Shown: in pieces, positions 20,413 to 32,330 of the stretch
Numbering within the stretch: position 1 is the stretch's first letter
Layout: each line of letters opens with the position of its first letter
Origin: Kiritimatiellia bacterium
Lineage (GTDB): Bacteria; Verrucomicrobiota; Kiritimatiellia; RFP12; UBA1067
NCBI GenBank assembly: GCA_050949565.1
Contig: JBMNFY010000010.1
Coordinates: 64,001-128,000 of the forward strand
Direction: 5' to 3'
Length of the DNA stretch: 64,000 nucleotides
Program-made: the position numbers and the translations under genes
The notes under the pieces: model-generated
What the model was told of the DNA's origin: nothing
Databases searched by the model: none
The model's input: the letters and a program-made list of their open reading frames with translations, nothing else

Positions 20413-20540
20413 GAGGCTCTTGCCCCCCGTGGCATGGGCGTCTCGTCCATGGGATAAACACGGGCAAGATGCCCGTGCCACACCCCGCGTGGCATGGGCG
20501 TCCCGCCCATGAAAAAGCAGCAAGGTTTTGCAAGAGCCTC
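20413..20540. repeat. MITE-like element: 11-bp terminal inverted repeats GAGGCTCTTGC/GCAAGAGCCTC enclosing REP-A palindromes
   Basis: Perfect terminal inverted repeat; internal reverse-oriented REP-A units. Confidence 0.75.
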
Positions 20541-20648
20541 GGCATGATTAGCATGATACTGATTTCAGGCTCGAAATGCGGGGGGTGATCGTGTAATGTA
20601 ACACTTGTTTTCGTTATGTGAAGGCCCTGTGCTTAAGGAGATTTTCCG

Positions 20649-21686
20649 ATGCGTCAGATGTGCAATGCGTTTGTTTTTTTAGGTGTCATGGGTGTGGTCG
20701 TGCTTTGCGGTTGCGGGCGTGATGAGGCGTCTCGCGATGTGCTGAAAACGCCGGCTCCGCCGGCCGAGATGTCGCCGGACTATGTGGTCGCCATGGTGAA
20801 CGGTACGCCGCTCTCGTGGGCCGACATGGAGAAGCGCGCGATGGGGTACCTTAAGGACGATGTGGAGGTGAACCATCTGATCATCCCGACCAACCGGATG
20901 GAGGAGGCCAAGGAGCATTTCCGGCGGCGCTCGATCAATGCGTTCGTCTTTAAGACAGTGATGATGGAGGAGGCCGCCAAGGAGAAGATCCAGTTGTCCG
21001 AGGCGGATCGGCAGGAGGGCCTACGCTCGCTTGCGGTATCACTCAAGTCGCGGAATTGGACAACCAACGACTTTTTCTTGAAAGGCCCGATGGGCGAGGC
21101 GATGATGCGTCGCGAGTTTGAGGATGGCTTGGTCATTGATAAACTGCTGAAGCAGAAAGTGCGAGACAAACTGCGGGTCACCGACAAAGAGATCTCGGAA
21201 ACCGTCGCCCTGCTGGAAGCCACCAATCAGGCGACACGCGTCAAGCTGGAGGGAATCCGCAAGCAGCTTCTGGATGGCGCGGATTTTGAGGATACCGCAC
21301 GCACGGTTTCCCAGTGCCCCAGCAGCGCAAAGAAGGGCGGCGATCTCGGCGAATTCAAGCGCGGTACCTTGCACAGAGGGTTGGAACAGGCGGCGTTCAC
21401 GCAGGAAGTCGGCGCGATCGGTCCGGTGATTGAGACGCGCCTCGGGTATCACATCCTGAAGGTTACGGCGCGAACGCCCGCAACGAAGGCGACCGAAACC
21501 TCGCCGGCTGTCCCGGAGACGGTGCGCGTATCGCACATCTTGCTCAAGAGCGTGCCGATCGATCACAAACGCATGACCGACAGCATCGTGCGGACGAAGT
21601 ACAAAAATGGTGTTGATGCTTATTTCCGCGACCTCAAGGCCAAGTCAAAAATCGAGTGCTTTATCTATCCCGAAATGACGTTCTGA
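20649..21686 (+). CDS. PpiC/SurA-type peptidyl-prolyl isomerase lipoprotein
   Basis: Lipobox LCGC; ARTVSQCPS..KGGDLG, GYHILKV, VSHILLK. Confidence 0.88.
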   Translation: MRQMCNAFVFLGVMGVVVLCGCGRDEASRDVLKTPAPPAEMSPDYVVAMVNGTPLSWADMEKRAMGYLKDDVEVNHLIIPTNRMEEAKEHFRRRSINAFVFKTVMMEEAAKEKIQLSEADRQEGLRSLAVSLKSRNWTTNDFFLKGPMGEAMMRREFEDGLVIDKLLKQKVRDKLRVTDKEISETVALLEATNQATRVKLEGIRKQLLDGADFEDTARTVSQCPSSAKKGGDLGEFKRGTLHRGLEQAAFTQEVGAIGPVIETRLGYHILKVTARTPATKATETSPAVPETVRVSHILLKSVPIDHKRMTDSIVRTKYKNGVDAYFRDLKAKSKIECFIYPEMTF

Positions 21687-21720
21687 GCGCGGTGTCGAGT
21701 TGGGCGCTGCTCGGGTTTTT

Positions 21721-22087
21721 TATCCACAGATGGGCACAGATTTTTGGGGGCATTGCTCGGGTTTATTTAACGCAGAGGCGCAGAGACGCAGAGGTTCTTT
21801 GGGGGCATTATTGCGACCACACAGTGGTCGCAATGATGAGTGTAAAAAAAACGGGCGGGAGGACGGGCACCGGGCGCGCACAGGCCATGCAATGGGGGGG
21901 GCGCGGGAAGACAGCCCAGAAAAGCGCTAAATCCTTCCGCTGTGCGGAAGGATGGTTTCAGGTTTCATTGCGGAGCGCCGGGAGGGGCAAGCGTCTGCTT
22001 GCCCGCAGACGAGCAGACGCTCGTCCCTCCCCAGCGGCGCATGCGCCGTTCACGCCCGCAGTACCGGCAGTGCCCGCAGTAACCGAT
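21721..22087. repeat. Composite intergenic repeat: 9-bp triads, TTGCGACCAC palindrome, CCTTCCGCTGTGCGGAAGG, REP-C (21980-22031)
   Basis: Modules shared with 33660-34010, 35526 and 49955-50370. Confidence 0.85.
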
Positions 22088-22097
22088 TACGTTCCCC

Positions 22098-25000
22098 TCA
22101 ACGCGCGTTCGTGCTGAAGCGATAGCAGCCGGAGCCGACACGGAAGGCCATGCGGTCGCGGTCTGACTGGATAGGGGGCACGTCAGCGGTCACGTTCTTC
22201 GCGTCGGGTTTGACCGGCAGATAGATGGTCGCTTCGGTATTGGCCGGGACCTCGACCTCCAGCGTGAACACGCCGTTTTCCCGCCGCCATTCACTGCGGA
22301 TGAGACCGTAGGGTGAGTCGTGCTCGGCCTTGACCCAGTCCAGGCCCGCCACCGGTTCCGGCGCGATGATGAAACGCTTGAAGGCTACCGCCTGCGGATC
22401 ATCGGTCACGGCGATGGTGGAGACGCTGTCGGCCAGACGGATGCCGCCGAGATATTGGTAAGACCAGGCGGAGAGGTCGCCGAACATGATGTGGTTGCGC
22501 GAGGAGCCTTCGTTCCAGTCTTCCCAGAAGGTGGTGGCGCCGCGCTTGATCCAGTTGCCGAAAGAGGGGTGCTCTTCTTGTGTGGCCATGGTGAAGGCGA
22601 GGTCGGTGCGGCCAGCTTTGCTCAGTGCACGAAACACATACTTCGAGCCAAGAATACCGAAATCCGGGAAGACGCGGGTCTTTTGCACGGCCTCGACCAG
22701 CCGCGCTTCGACGGCGGCGCGTTCAGCGTCCGGGACCAATCCTTGGTGCAGCGCGCAACTCTGCGCAGTCTGGCTGCCGATCGAGTAAACACCGTTGCCC
22801 TTGTAGAGGTGGCGCGTGTAAGCCTCGCGGATCGAACGCGCAAGTGCGGCGTATTTCTGGGCGTCGTCATGTTTGCCGAGCCGTTCGGCGACACGCGCCA
22901 CGATCTGCGCGTCGAGATAGTAGTAGCCTGTGGAGGTCACCTCGGTCGGCGTTTTGGTCTTGACCGGGATCCAGTCGCCGAGGCCGTGCGAGACGATTCC
23001 ATCCTTGGCACGGGAGGTCATGTAATCGACATACTTCGCCATGGCCGGATAGGCGGTTTCCAGTATACGGGTGTCGCCTTGGTAGACGTACAGCATCCAC
23101 GGAATAATAACGAGTGCGCTGTCCCAAGCCGGGCCGTTGCCCCAGTGGTAGCCCCAGCCACTGGTCGGCACGATGCCCGGCAGGTTGCCATCGGGGCGTT
23201 GCTCATCGATCAAGTCCTGAATCCATTTTTCATAGGCCGCCGTGTTCTGGAAGTTATACATCGCGAGTTCCGATGCCAGCGATGCATCGCCGGTCCAGCC
23301 ATTTTTTTCGCGGTGCGGGCAGTCGGTGGGGTACCCATTGACGAAGTTGCCGCGATAGGCCCAGAGAATGGCGTGCTGGAGCTTGTTCAACAACTCGTTC
23401 GAGCTGATGAAACGTCCGGCGTCTTTGAAATCGGTGTGAACTACACAGGCCTCGATATTCGAGGCATCTGGCGGCTGTGCCACTCCGGTGATCTGCACAT
23501 ATTGGAAACCATTATAGGTGAAGCGCGGCTCATACACCTGAGTACGGCTGCCGTCACACACGAAGCGGTCTGTCTGGAACCAGCCGTCCGGCAGCGTGCT
23601 GAACGACGCAGGATAACGGAAGTGTGCGTCGGTGCCTTTCAAACTGAGGCTGCCGTCTTCTTTGAGTTTTTCGCCGTACTTGATCGTGACCACGTCACCA
23701 GCGCGCTGTCCGGCGAGTTTGAGTTTGACCCAGCCTGCGGTATTCTGACCGAAGTCGACCAGCCACGTGCCGGGCGTGATCGCGCGTACAGCGACCGGCT
23801 TCAGGCGTTGCGTCACTACGCTCGGCGGCAGCGCGGAGGCGGTGAGACGTCCGGCGGGTGCGGGCACCACGTCAGCCCTTACGACCTGCTTTTCAAGGTT
23901 GGGCGCGCCTTTCGGTGCCTTGCCGATCACCTCGCCTTCGCGGATGCAGTCAAAGCCGATCGGGCTGGCGACCTGACGCCAGGTGTCATCGCTCACGACC
24001 ATCGTGCGCGTACCGTCGTCGTACGTAATTTCGAGTTGGGCCAGCATGCGCGGAAAATCGCGCCAGGGGGCATTGTCGAAGTTCCAGACGGCGACGCTGC
24101 GCACGTCGTACCAGCCGTGTCCCAGTAGCACATGCAGTCGGTTTTCGCCGCGCGCGAGCATCTCGGTCATGTCATAAGTGGAGTAGAGCACGCGCCGGTC
24201 GTAGCGGGTGGGGGCGGGGTCCAGCACCTTGCGGCCGATACGCTGCCCATTGAGACTCGCCTCGTAAAAGCCGAGGCCGGTGATGTGCAGCGTAGCCTCG
24301 CGCACCGGGCGAGTCACCGTGAAGCGTTTTTCAAAGGCGGGCGAGACAAGCTCTCTGCGCCGTTCGATCTTGCCCCAAGGCGCACCGTCCACCGGGCCGG
24401 CTATCACAGCGGCTTTCCATGCGTCATGCGCGAAACCATCGATCTTTTCTTTCCAGCCGTCCACTGCTTGCGCTGATGTGCTCCAGGTGGTGTCGGTCGG
24501 CACGGCCTTGCCGTCGGCGAATTTCAGTACGGCGAGCAGGGCGGTAGGCCCCGGCTCCTTGTTTTTGACGGTGACGGCGATCAGGTTGCGACCGGGCTTG
24601 ATCAAGTCTGCGACATCATGAAAGCGCATCCAGCGCCAATCGTTGAAGTGGCCCCAGGTTTTCGCGGCGATCTTGCCGTTGATGAACACCTCGTACTCGT
24701 CATCCGCCGTGAGCACCAGCTCTACCGGTGCGTCCTGCGCGCCGCGCGGTGCGTCGAACACCTTGCGGAAATGGCGGACGCCCTGTGCCGCTTGTCCCAG
24801 CGAAGGGGCGTCTCCGGTCCAGATCCATTGCGCACCGACCAGATCGCAATCCGGACGCGTGGCGGCGTTCGCACCGATCCAGCGTGCCTGCCAATCTGCA
24901 GGACGCATCACGCCCATGATCCAGCGTGCCTGCGCACTCCAGGCGGAGGGTGTATCACTCTGGTTATCCCACGCGCGCACTTTCCAGTAGCAGCGTTGCG

Positions 25001-25337
25001 AGGTCGTGAGCGGCTTGCCGGCATACACCACGTTCAGCGATTGGTCAGAAGCCACGCGTCCGCTGTCCCAGAGATCGCCTTGATTGTCGCGTAGCCGCTC
25101 CGGCGAGGAGGCCACCAGAATCTGGTAGGCGGTTTGGCGCAGGCCGCGCGCCGAGCGGCGTGCGGCGGTCAATTTCCAACTCAGGCGCGGGGCCGGGTGG
25201 TCGAGCCCCACGGGGTCCTGCAGGTAGTCGACCGTCAACGCCTGCGGAGCGGCGAGTGCGCCGCGCTGACCCCACGGTCTCTGTGCACAACCTGCGACGA
25301 GCACCAAACCCGCCAACATCCATGAAATCTGTTTCAT
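22098..25337 (-). CDS. GH78 alpha-L-rhamnosidase family lipoprotein
   Basis: Lipobox VAGC; PRLSW, GLGFYE, DFGQN.AGW, PTDCPHREKNGWTGD, GATTFWEDW, SRNHIMFG. Confidence 0.93.
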   Translation of the reverse strand: MKQISWMLAGLVLVAGCAQRPWGQRGALAAPQALTVDYLQDPVGLDHPAPRLSWKLTAARRSARGLRQTAYQILVASSPERLRDNQGDLWDSGRVASDQSLNVVYAGKPLTTSQRCYWKVRAWDNQSDTPSAWSAQARWIMGVMRPADWQARWIGANAATRPDCDLVGAQWIWTGDAPSLGQAAQGVRHFRKVFDAPRGAQDAPVELVLTADDEYEVFINGKIAAKTWGHFNDWRWMRFHDVADLIKPGRNLIAVTVKNKEPGPTALLAVLKFADGKAVPTDTTWSTSAQAVDGWKEKIDGFAHDAWKAAVIAGPVDGAPWGKIERRRELVSPAFEKRFTVTRPVREATLHITGLGFYEASLNGQRIGRKVLDPAPTRYDRRVLYSTYDMTEMLARGENRLHVLLGHGWYDVRSVAVWNFDNAPWRDFPRMLAQLEITYDDGTRTMVVSDDTWRQVASPIGFDCIREGEVIGKAPKGAPNLEKQVVRADVVPAPAGRLTASALPPSVVTQRLKPVAVRAITPGTWLVDFGQNTAGWVKLKLAGQRAGDVVTIKYGEKLKEDGSLSLKGTDAHFRYPASFSTLPDGWFQTDRFVCDGSRTQVYEPRFTYNGFQYVQITGVAQPPDASNIEACVVHTDFKDAGRFISSNELLNKLQHAILWAYRGNFVNGYPTDCPHREKNGWTGDASLASELAMYNFQNTAAYEKWIQDLIDEQRPDGNLPGIVPTSGWGYHWGNGPAWDSALVIIPWMLYVYQGDTRILETAYPAMAKYVDYMTSRAKDGIVSHGLGDWIPVKTKTPTEVTSTGYYYLDAQIVARVAERLGKHDDAQKYAALARSIREAYTRHLYKGNGVYSIGSQTAQSCALHQGLVPDAERAAVEARLVEAVQKTRVFPDFGILGSKYVFRALSKAGRTDLAFTMATQEEHPSFGNWIKRGATTFWEDWNEGSSRNHIMFGDLSAWSYQYLGGIRLADSVSTIAVTDDPQAVAFKRFIIAPEPVAGLDWVKAEHDSPYGLIRSEWRRENGVFTLEVEVPANTEATIYLPVKPDAKNVTADVPPIQSDRDRMAFRVGSGCYRFSTNAR

Positions 25338-25348
25338 CTTTTCTCCCC

Positions 25349-28300
25349 TCATTTCAACAGCAGGACGGTGCCGCCTTGCGAGGTGAGCCAAAGTTGGGTG
25401 CCGTTGTTGGCGACAATCAACTTGTATTTGGAGGGGAAGCCCGACAGCGTAGGTTTGGTGTTGATCGCGCCGGTCGCGATAATATACATCGGGGCGGTTG
25501 GCTCTGCGGAGGCGGCGTCCGCCGGCATGACGGTGAGGTTCGTGAGGTCCACCCCGTTGAAGGTGACGCAGGAGGAGGTCTCGCCGTCGATCTTCACGCG
25601 ATAGACACTGTCGGCCGCGAACGAGCCGTTCGCGACGGTGCCGTCGCCGGTGAGGGTGCCGATGGCGCACTCGCCGCCGCCGAGATCGAGCGTCGCGCCG
25701 GACGCCAAGTCGAAGGAATCGTCGGAATAATCGGCGGGCATGGATGTTGTCAGCAGCGAGCCGTCGCCGGGATCTGCCAGCATCGCGTAATCCTGCCAGG
25801 TCGTGGAGGCCGCGCCCACCTTGATGCCGATGGCCCAGGGGATCACGCCGCTCCACGGGCCGTCGCCGCCGCCGTTCTCGGTGAAGCGCAGCTCGATGGC
25901 GTGGGGACCGGGCGGGAGCGTCACCGTGCCGGTCATAGTTTTACACGAATCAGGCGGCAAAGATGACCACGTTGGTCCGGTCGATGACCAGCCGTCCGGC
26001 GTCATCATAATCCATCATGAACGACCAGGTCACATCTTGGCCGGTGCGGTTCCAGATGGCGCCGGTGTAGACGAGGGTGAAGGTGCTCGCCGTGCCCGGG
26101 GCTGCCGTACACGTTGGCCACGGAGGTGGCGAGGTCCACGGTGGTCGTGGCGGGCATGTCGACCCAGTTCTGTGTAGCCGCTCCACCTCGCCGAACAGGA
26201 GACCGGGCGTGAGAGTCGGAGCGGAGGGCGAGGGTCCCCGCCTCGACCTCCACGGCGGAGGAGGGCGTCTCGACGTAGCCGTTGAGCGTCGTGGTGAAGA
26301 AGGGCTCGGCCTCGGTGTAGATCTCCGGCATGCCGTTGCCGTAGGCGTAGGGGATGGCGAAGTTGGCGACCTCCGTGGAGTGGCGGCCCTGCAGGTCGAT
26401 GCCGAAGCCGCTGCCGGGAATGACGCTTCCGCCTGCGGCACCGGTATGCTGGCCGAAGCGCAGCTCAAAGGCGTGCGGGCCGGGCGTGACGGGTACGGTG
26501 ACGATGCGGGTGGCCGTGTCGTTGAGGCGGCCCGAGAGGACCGTCTGCCCGTCGATGACGATCAGACAGGAGTCGTCGAGGTTCTGGATGAAGGTCCAGT
26601 TCTTGGGTTTCGCCCGAACGGTTCCAGACGTAGCCGGAGTAGACGGCGGAGGAGTAGTTCCACCAGACATAGCCGTTCGGAAGAGTGGCGGACTGGTCGT
26701 TGCCGTCCGGGACGTTAATAAAGCCGTTGGCGGCGCGGGGGGTGAGTTGGACACCGCCGTCGCAGGGGTTGGGTTCTACGGAGTTGCCGCAACCGCCGAC
26801 CGTGCCCTCGAAGAGGCCGGGTTGGCCGGGCTGGGCGTTGCGGGCGGCTTCGGCGGCGTCCCAGTTGACGGATGAGGTGGTGAGGATCGAGCCGTCGCCG
26901 GGATCGGAAACAACGCGCCAGCCCATGCCGTCGCCGGGATCCCAGTTGAGGCCGCTGTTCAGCATGCCGCTGACATTGCAGCCGACGTTGCCCCAGCCGT
27001 CACCGAAGCGCGCATCGAAGTAGTGCGGGCCGGGGGTGGCAGTGAAGGAGCCGGGGGTGGCGGTGTTGCCGTTACGGTAAAGAACCAACGAACGGTCGAT
27101 GACCAGATAAACGTAATCATCGAACGCGCCGCGGAAGTTCCAGACCTGATTGGTGGCGGTGCGGTTCCAGATGCAACCGGCGTAGGCGTAGGTGTGATTG
27201 TTGCCGGCCCACATGCCGCCCGAGTTACTCGTGTTGACGGAGTTGCCATTGTTGGCGGCATAGGTGGTGAGGCGGACATTCTGCTTGGGCACATAGCGGA
27301 ACGGATCGTTGGCCGTGCGCGAAGTGAGCCCCTCCCAGAGGCCCGGCGTGAGCGCGTCAAGGGCCGGGGCGGACGGTTCGGGACGACGGGCGTGGCCGCG
27401 AGCGTGGCCGTGGAGGCACCTGTCTTGATGATCGATGCGGCACTGAGCGTGCCGTTGATGACCGCGCCGCCATCGCCGATTGTCAGGGAGGCGACCTGAA
27501 TGTCGCGACCGCAGAGGTCGAGGCATGCGGGTGCGCCGGTGCCCCCGACCGTGACGGCGGTTGCGGTAGAGAGGGCGTCGTCGTGCCCCAGGGCCAACGT
27601 GCCTTCGCGCACGACGGTCGGCCCGGTATAGGTGTTGGCGGCGTTAAAGGTGACACTCCCGCCGCCGGTTTTGGTAAAGCCGCCGGAGACGGCCGGCTTG
27701 ACGGACAGGGTCACATCGACATCGGCGCGGCCGGCCTGGCGCAGGGTCGCGACCGGTTGCGGGCTCATGCCGCTGCCGGGCGCATGGAACTTGAGACCGG
27801 TGACGGCACCAGAAGGACGGTCAAAGAGTGCCTCCGCAACGTAGCCGTTGTGGCCGTCCGGGCCGTTGTATTTATTGATGACGATCGGCGGAGCGATGTA
27901 GTCGGTGTAGGGCGTGGCGAACGTCATGTCGGCGGCGATCAGCCCGGTCGGAGCGCGCAGGGGGACATCGACAGTCTTACTGATGGAAGCCGGGATTTCC
28001 AACGTGAAGCCGCCTTCGTGGATGACGACGTTGTGGCCGGCAAGCGTCCCGTCGAAGACTTGGAATTCGGAGTTCGTGCAGACGAGGGTGCCGCCGTTGA
28101 AGCTGACGCCTTTCCTGCCGGGATTGTCGGCGGCATGGATGCGGTTCGCCGTGAGACGCCCGTTGCCGGCGAGCACGAGGTCGGAAAGGCGGTTTCGGGC
28201 ATTGGCATCACTGTAGCGCCGCCCGAGGTCAATGGGCCCGTTGACCGTGGCGTCCGCCTCGCCGGCGACGACGAGCGCGCCGGAGCCGGTGTTGGAGCCG

Positions 28301-31300
28301 CTGTTGCCGTCACCGCCGACGCCCAGGGTGGTACCGTGGTAAAACGTGCCGCCGAGCAGGAAGGCGAAGCCGTAAGCCGCCGCGGGTGAGGGTGACGGTG
28401 CCAGCCGTAATAGTCGCCGACGGCGCCACTAGCGGGCGCGCCGCCGCCGGGCATGGTGAAGGACCCGCCGGTCTGGCGTAAAATGCCCTGCGAGTATTGG
28501 GCTTGGGCGACCTGCCAATAGCCTTTGGTGTGATTGAAGCCCGATTCAAGGCCGTAATAGCCGTAAGCGCCTGAGGCGGTGCCGAGGCCGCCGTCGTTGG
28601 CCGCGCCGGTGGTGTTGGTGACGACGCTGTTGCCGGACTGGTAGATGGCGCCGGCGGCGGTGCTGCTGCGCCCGGCATACAGGGTGGCCGAGAGCAGGGC
28701 GTCATCGGTGATGTCCAGGGTGGCGCGTCCGTTCTGGCCGACGATGAAGTATTGTTGACGGACGTTGTATCCGATGTCCGGCATCGAGACGGAAGCCGTG
28801 CCGCCGATGCGGTTGGAGAGAGAGGTGTCGCCTGAGCGGTCACCGAGATACAGATTGCCTTCTGTGGTGAACGGAAGGGTGGGTTTCGCAACCGTGACGA
28901 CGGCGTTGTTGGTGATGAGGAGGGTGCCGGCATAGGTGCGCGTGTAGTTGAGGGTGTGCGGACCGGGATGACGGATATCGGCGAGGCCGCCGTCGATGTT
29001 GAAGAACCATGCGTCGATCGGTGCGTCGATAAAGAGCGAGCCCGGACCCTGTTTGCGTAGGCCGTACGCAATGGGCTCTGTCATCGTGATGTCAGGGGCG
29101 TCCAGAAGCGTTGTGTCAAACGCGATGCCGGCGTCTGAGGGAATCTGGGTGTCGATCAGCGAGAAGAGGTTGGCGAGCGGACCAGCCTTCGTCTGGCGAG
29201 TCGCCCATGCCGATGCCGAAGATGCCGCCCGCGTGAACATGAAGTTTGCCGCTGTCCCAGCCGGGGATTGTGGAAGGATAAGCGGCGAAAAGGGTGTGGC
29301 GGTTGCTGGTGACGGTCGTTTCCCCCTGGTAAGTGTTATTCGAGGCGAGCAAAAAGACTGTGGACTCTGCGCCGCCGTAGCTTGTGATGCCGGCGGGGCC
29401 GGAAATCGGGCCGGTCAATGTCAGGGAAAGTGAATTGGCGGTGTCGGTCAGGATGAGGTCGCCGCTGCCGGAGGTTTCGACCGGTCCGGAGAGGACGTTA
29501 CGCGTGTCGCGGTTGAAGCCGGAGCGGGTTCGCAGGGCGCTGCCGGCCTCGGCTTGAATGCGCCAGGGGACCGGAGCCGCGAGATTGTAGACGTCGAACA
29601 CGCCGCCTGCCGACACGCTGACGAGCGTGTTGGTGTCGCCGGCCAGCGTGCTGCTGGATTCGATCGTGAACACGGCGCCGGGTGCGATCGCGAACGTGCC
29701 GTGCTGACCGGGAGCGGCGGGATCAGCCACGAGGATGTCGGCACTGGTGATGGCGAAGATGGAGTTGGTGGACGATGTGGCGGCGCGCAGATCGGGCGCG
29801 AGCTTCGCGTCACCCTTTACGGTCAGGGTGTAACCGTTGAGTTCGAAACGGGGCTGGATGGTGCCCGCGACATCCGGGTTGCGGCGGACGTCAAGGCGCG
29901 AAACGCCGCCGATCGAGGCGTCTGCGTCGAGGGCGATCAGGGGTTGCGTGTAGTATTGTGTGAAAGGTCCGTTGTTGACCAGCGCGCCGTTACCGTCCGG
30001 GCCGTCGCCCGCCAGACGGAGTTGGTACACATAGGTGCAATTGTTCACGGAGGGAAGGAGGCCCATGTCGAGCGCCCCGCCGTCTGTGACCGTGACCACG
30101 CGCGTCCTGTCGTCATAGCCGAGCGCCGATGCGGCCGCCGGTAGCAGGGTGCCCTGCGCGACGGTGATGTCGCCTAAGAAATTGTTGTTGGCATTGGTCA
30201 GTGCGAGCCAGCCGGGGCCGGTTTTGATCAATGTGCCGCTGCCGGAAAGGACGGGGAGGCTGTTGGTCGTGTCTGCGGCGACCGCAAGCGCGAGTGCGCC
30301 ATCGGTTATGACGGCGGTTGAGAGCCCGTCCGCAGGGACCGTCGCAGTGCCCGCGCCGGATTTGGTGATACCGGTGCCGGGTGCGATGGCGGTGTCGAGC
30401 GTGACCGGTCCGGTGACATTCAAGGTGCCGGCGGGCGTAGCGACGATGCCGTTTGTAAGGGTCAGCGTAGCGGTGGCGGAGAGCTGGCCGACCGTGAGCG
30501 TGTGTCCGCCGAGTTCGATGACGGCGGGCGTGGCGGAGGGGTTGCGGATCAGGGCGACGGCGGTATCGGCCGTGAGGGTGAGGGCCGGGCCGGTGCCGCC
30601 ATCGGTCAGTGTGATGACCGCGCCGGGATACGCCGCGAGGTCGCCGGGGCCGAGCGCGGGCAGCTCGAACTCCTGAACGGCCGGGTCCGCCGTGATGCCG
30701 TCAGTCGCGCTGTAGACGGCGGGCAGACCATTGACGGTGATTCCGGCGAGCGGGCCCGCCGCGACGCCGGTTGCGAAGACCTTGCCTTCCGCCGGGACGA
30801 TATCGAGTGTGCCGCCCGCGAGCAGGGTGAGGGCGGGCAACTGGACGTCCGAGCTTCCGGTGGCCAGCGAGAGCGTGGCTGGACCGTTGATGGAGAACGG
30901 GGAGGCCGTGAAGGTGCCGTCTGGGTTGAGCGCTTCGGTCGTCACGCGCAGCGTGCCACCGGCAAGCGCCACGCCTGAAGCGGCCTTCAAGGACGCGGGA
31001 TTGGCCGTGATAAGAGTGCCTTGCAGGAGGGTAATTGCGGTCAGGTCGTTGGCGCCGGAGAGTTGCCATTCACTCTGTCCCTGTTTGATGAGCGAGAGAG
31101 GGCCTTGCGACGTCTTAGTGATCGCGCCGGCATAAGTCTTTATACCCGTGCCGTTCCCGCCGAGGCGCAGAACCTTTGCGCCGGTCTCGGTCGATGAGGA
31201 GGCGGTGCCTGTGAAGGTCATGTCGCCGTTGCCTACGATATCGAGCAGGAGTTCGGACGGTGTGGTGCTTTGGAAACTAAAGGGACGGTCTGTTGTGAAC

Positions 31301-31948
31301 GGGGAGTCGCCGGTGATGCGCAGTGTACCGCCGCGAGACGAGCAGACGGATTGCATTGTAGTCGCCTGTACCGAGACAAGAGGCGCTTCCGATGAGACCG
31401 AGCGAGGGAACCGAGACGACCGAGCCCCAGAGGATACGAACAGCGTTCGGGAAGTCGTTGTCCGGATTGTTGAAAACGTAGGAGCCGGTCATGAAATTCC
31501 CGGTGGTCCATGTTTCAATGCCGGAGCTAGCGCCGGTGAGTTTGGCGTTTACCGTCCAAGTGGCGTCGCTTCGGACAAAGAGGTCGAGGAGGTCGGTTGT
31601 GGAGGTGCCGTTGCGGGAAAAGTCCAAGGTGGACGGCCCGTTGATCACCAGATCAGCGCGGATGTCGGTGCCTTGCAGCCCTACATTGGCGATGTGCAGC
31701 GGGCTGTTGAGGTTGAGCGTGGCGGGCGCGTAGACGCGGATCATTTTGATGGTTGTATCGGCATCCACCGAAACGACGGCGCCGGGCGTGTTGAAAGTGA
31801 CCGCCTCAGTCGCGGCGGGCACGGTGCCGCCGGACCAATTGGCGCTGTTGTTCCATGATCCTGATACGCCTCCGATCCAGGTCTGATCGGCGGTTGCCGA
31901 GAATGCGGCAGCCAGCACTAAGGCGAGTAGCCGGTGTACGAGCCGCAT
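25349..31948 (-). pseudogene. Giant (~2200 aa) secreted beta-helix/autotransporter-repeat protein with 3 PA14-like repeats; about 10 frameshifts
   Basis: Signal peptide MRLVHRLLALVLAAAFSATA; coding sense jumps across ORFs 31277, 29116, 27939, 28310, 26959, 26465, 26005, 25950, 25349; KTGPGWLAL, NTYTGPTVVREGTL; repeats LTPGL..G/IWNRT/PGPH.(F/I)ELRF; ends GGTVLLLK*. Confidence 0.8.
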
Positions 31949-32170
31949 CTTCGTGTGTTGGGTTGCTATCGGTTGTGAAACCCAGAAACGAGAGTCGGGG
32001 TTCTCGATGTGCGACATGTAGTTTGACATTTTTCTACTCCTCGATTGTATGATGCTGAGGCTCCAACTTGGTCCACGTAAACCTTTACACGACCATAGCC
32101 CCATGATACGAGGGGATGTGCCATTAGGGCAAGCGCAATTATTGTAAAATTACCCGCCGTAACTCCCCGC

Positions 32171-32199
32171 TTGTCTCGCGGGAGGCGGGAGGGTACACT
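32171..32199 (+). promoter_or_regulatory. sigma70-like promoter for gltX
   Basis: TTGTCT-17 nt-TACACT. Confidence 0.55.
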
Positions 32200-32244
32200 G
32201 ACACTGCTTAAATGGTGAGAGGTTCGTGCCCCTCGCTTGCAGGT

Positions 32245-32293
32245 GTGGCACGGGCATCTTGCCCGTGTTTCATGGGCGGGACGCCCATGCCAC
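32245..32293. repeat. REP-A copy in the gltX leader
   Basis: Same 49-bp double palindrome as 7756 and 14928. Confidence 0.92.
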
Positions 32294-32330
32294 GAGGTTT
32301 TTTGCGAGAGATTTCAAAGGAGTTTTTAAG

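Noticed and set aside
22320-24128. Long antisense or alternate-frame ORFs (also 35906-37168, 44310-45614, 56411-57880)
   Set aside because: Shadow ORFs of high-GC coding strands with no recognisable motifs.
25349-31948. Diversity-generating retroelement or programmed frameshifting as cause of the lesions
   Set aside because: No reverse transcriptase, no template/variable repeat pair with adenine-specific differences, and no consistent slippery motif at the shift sites.
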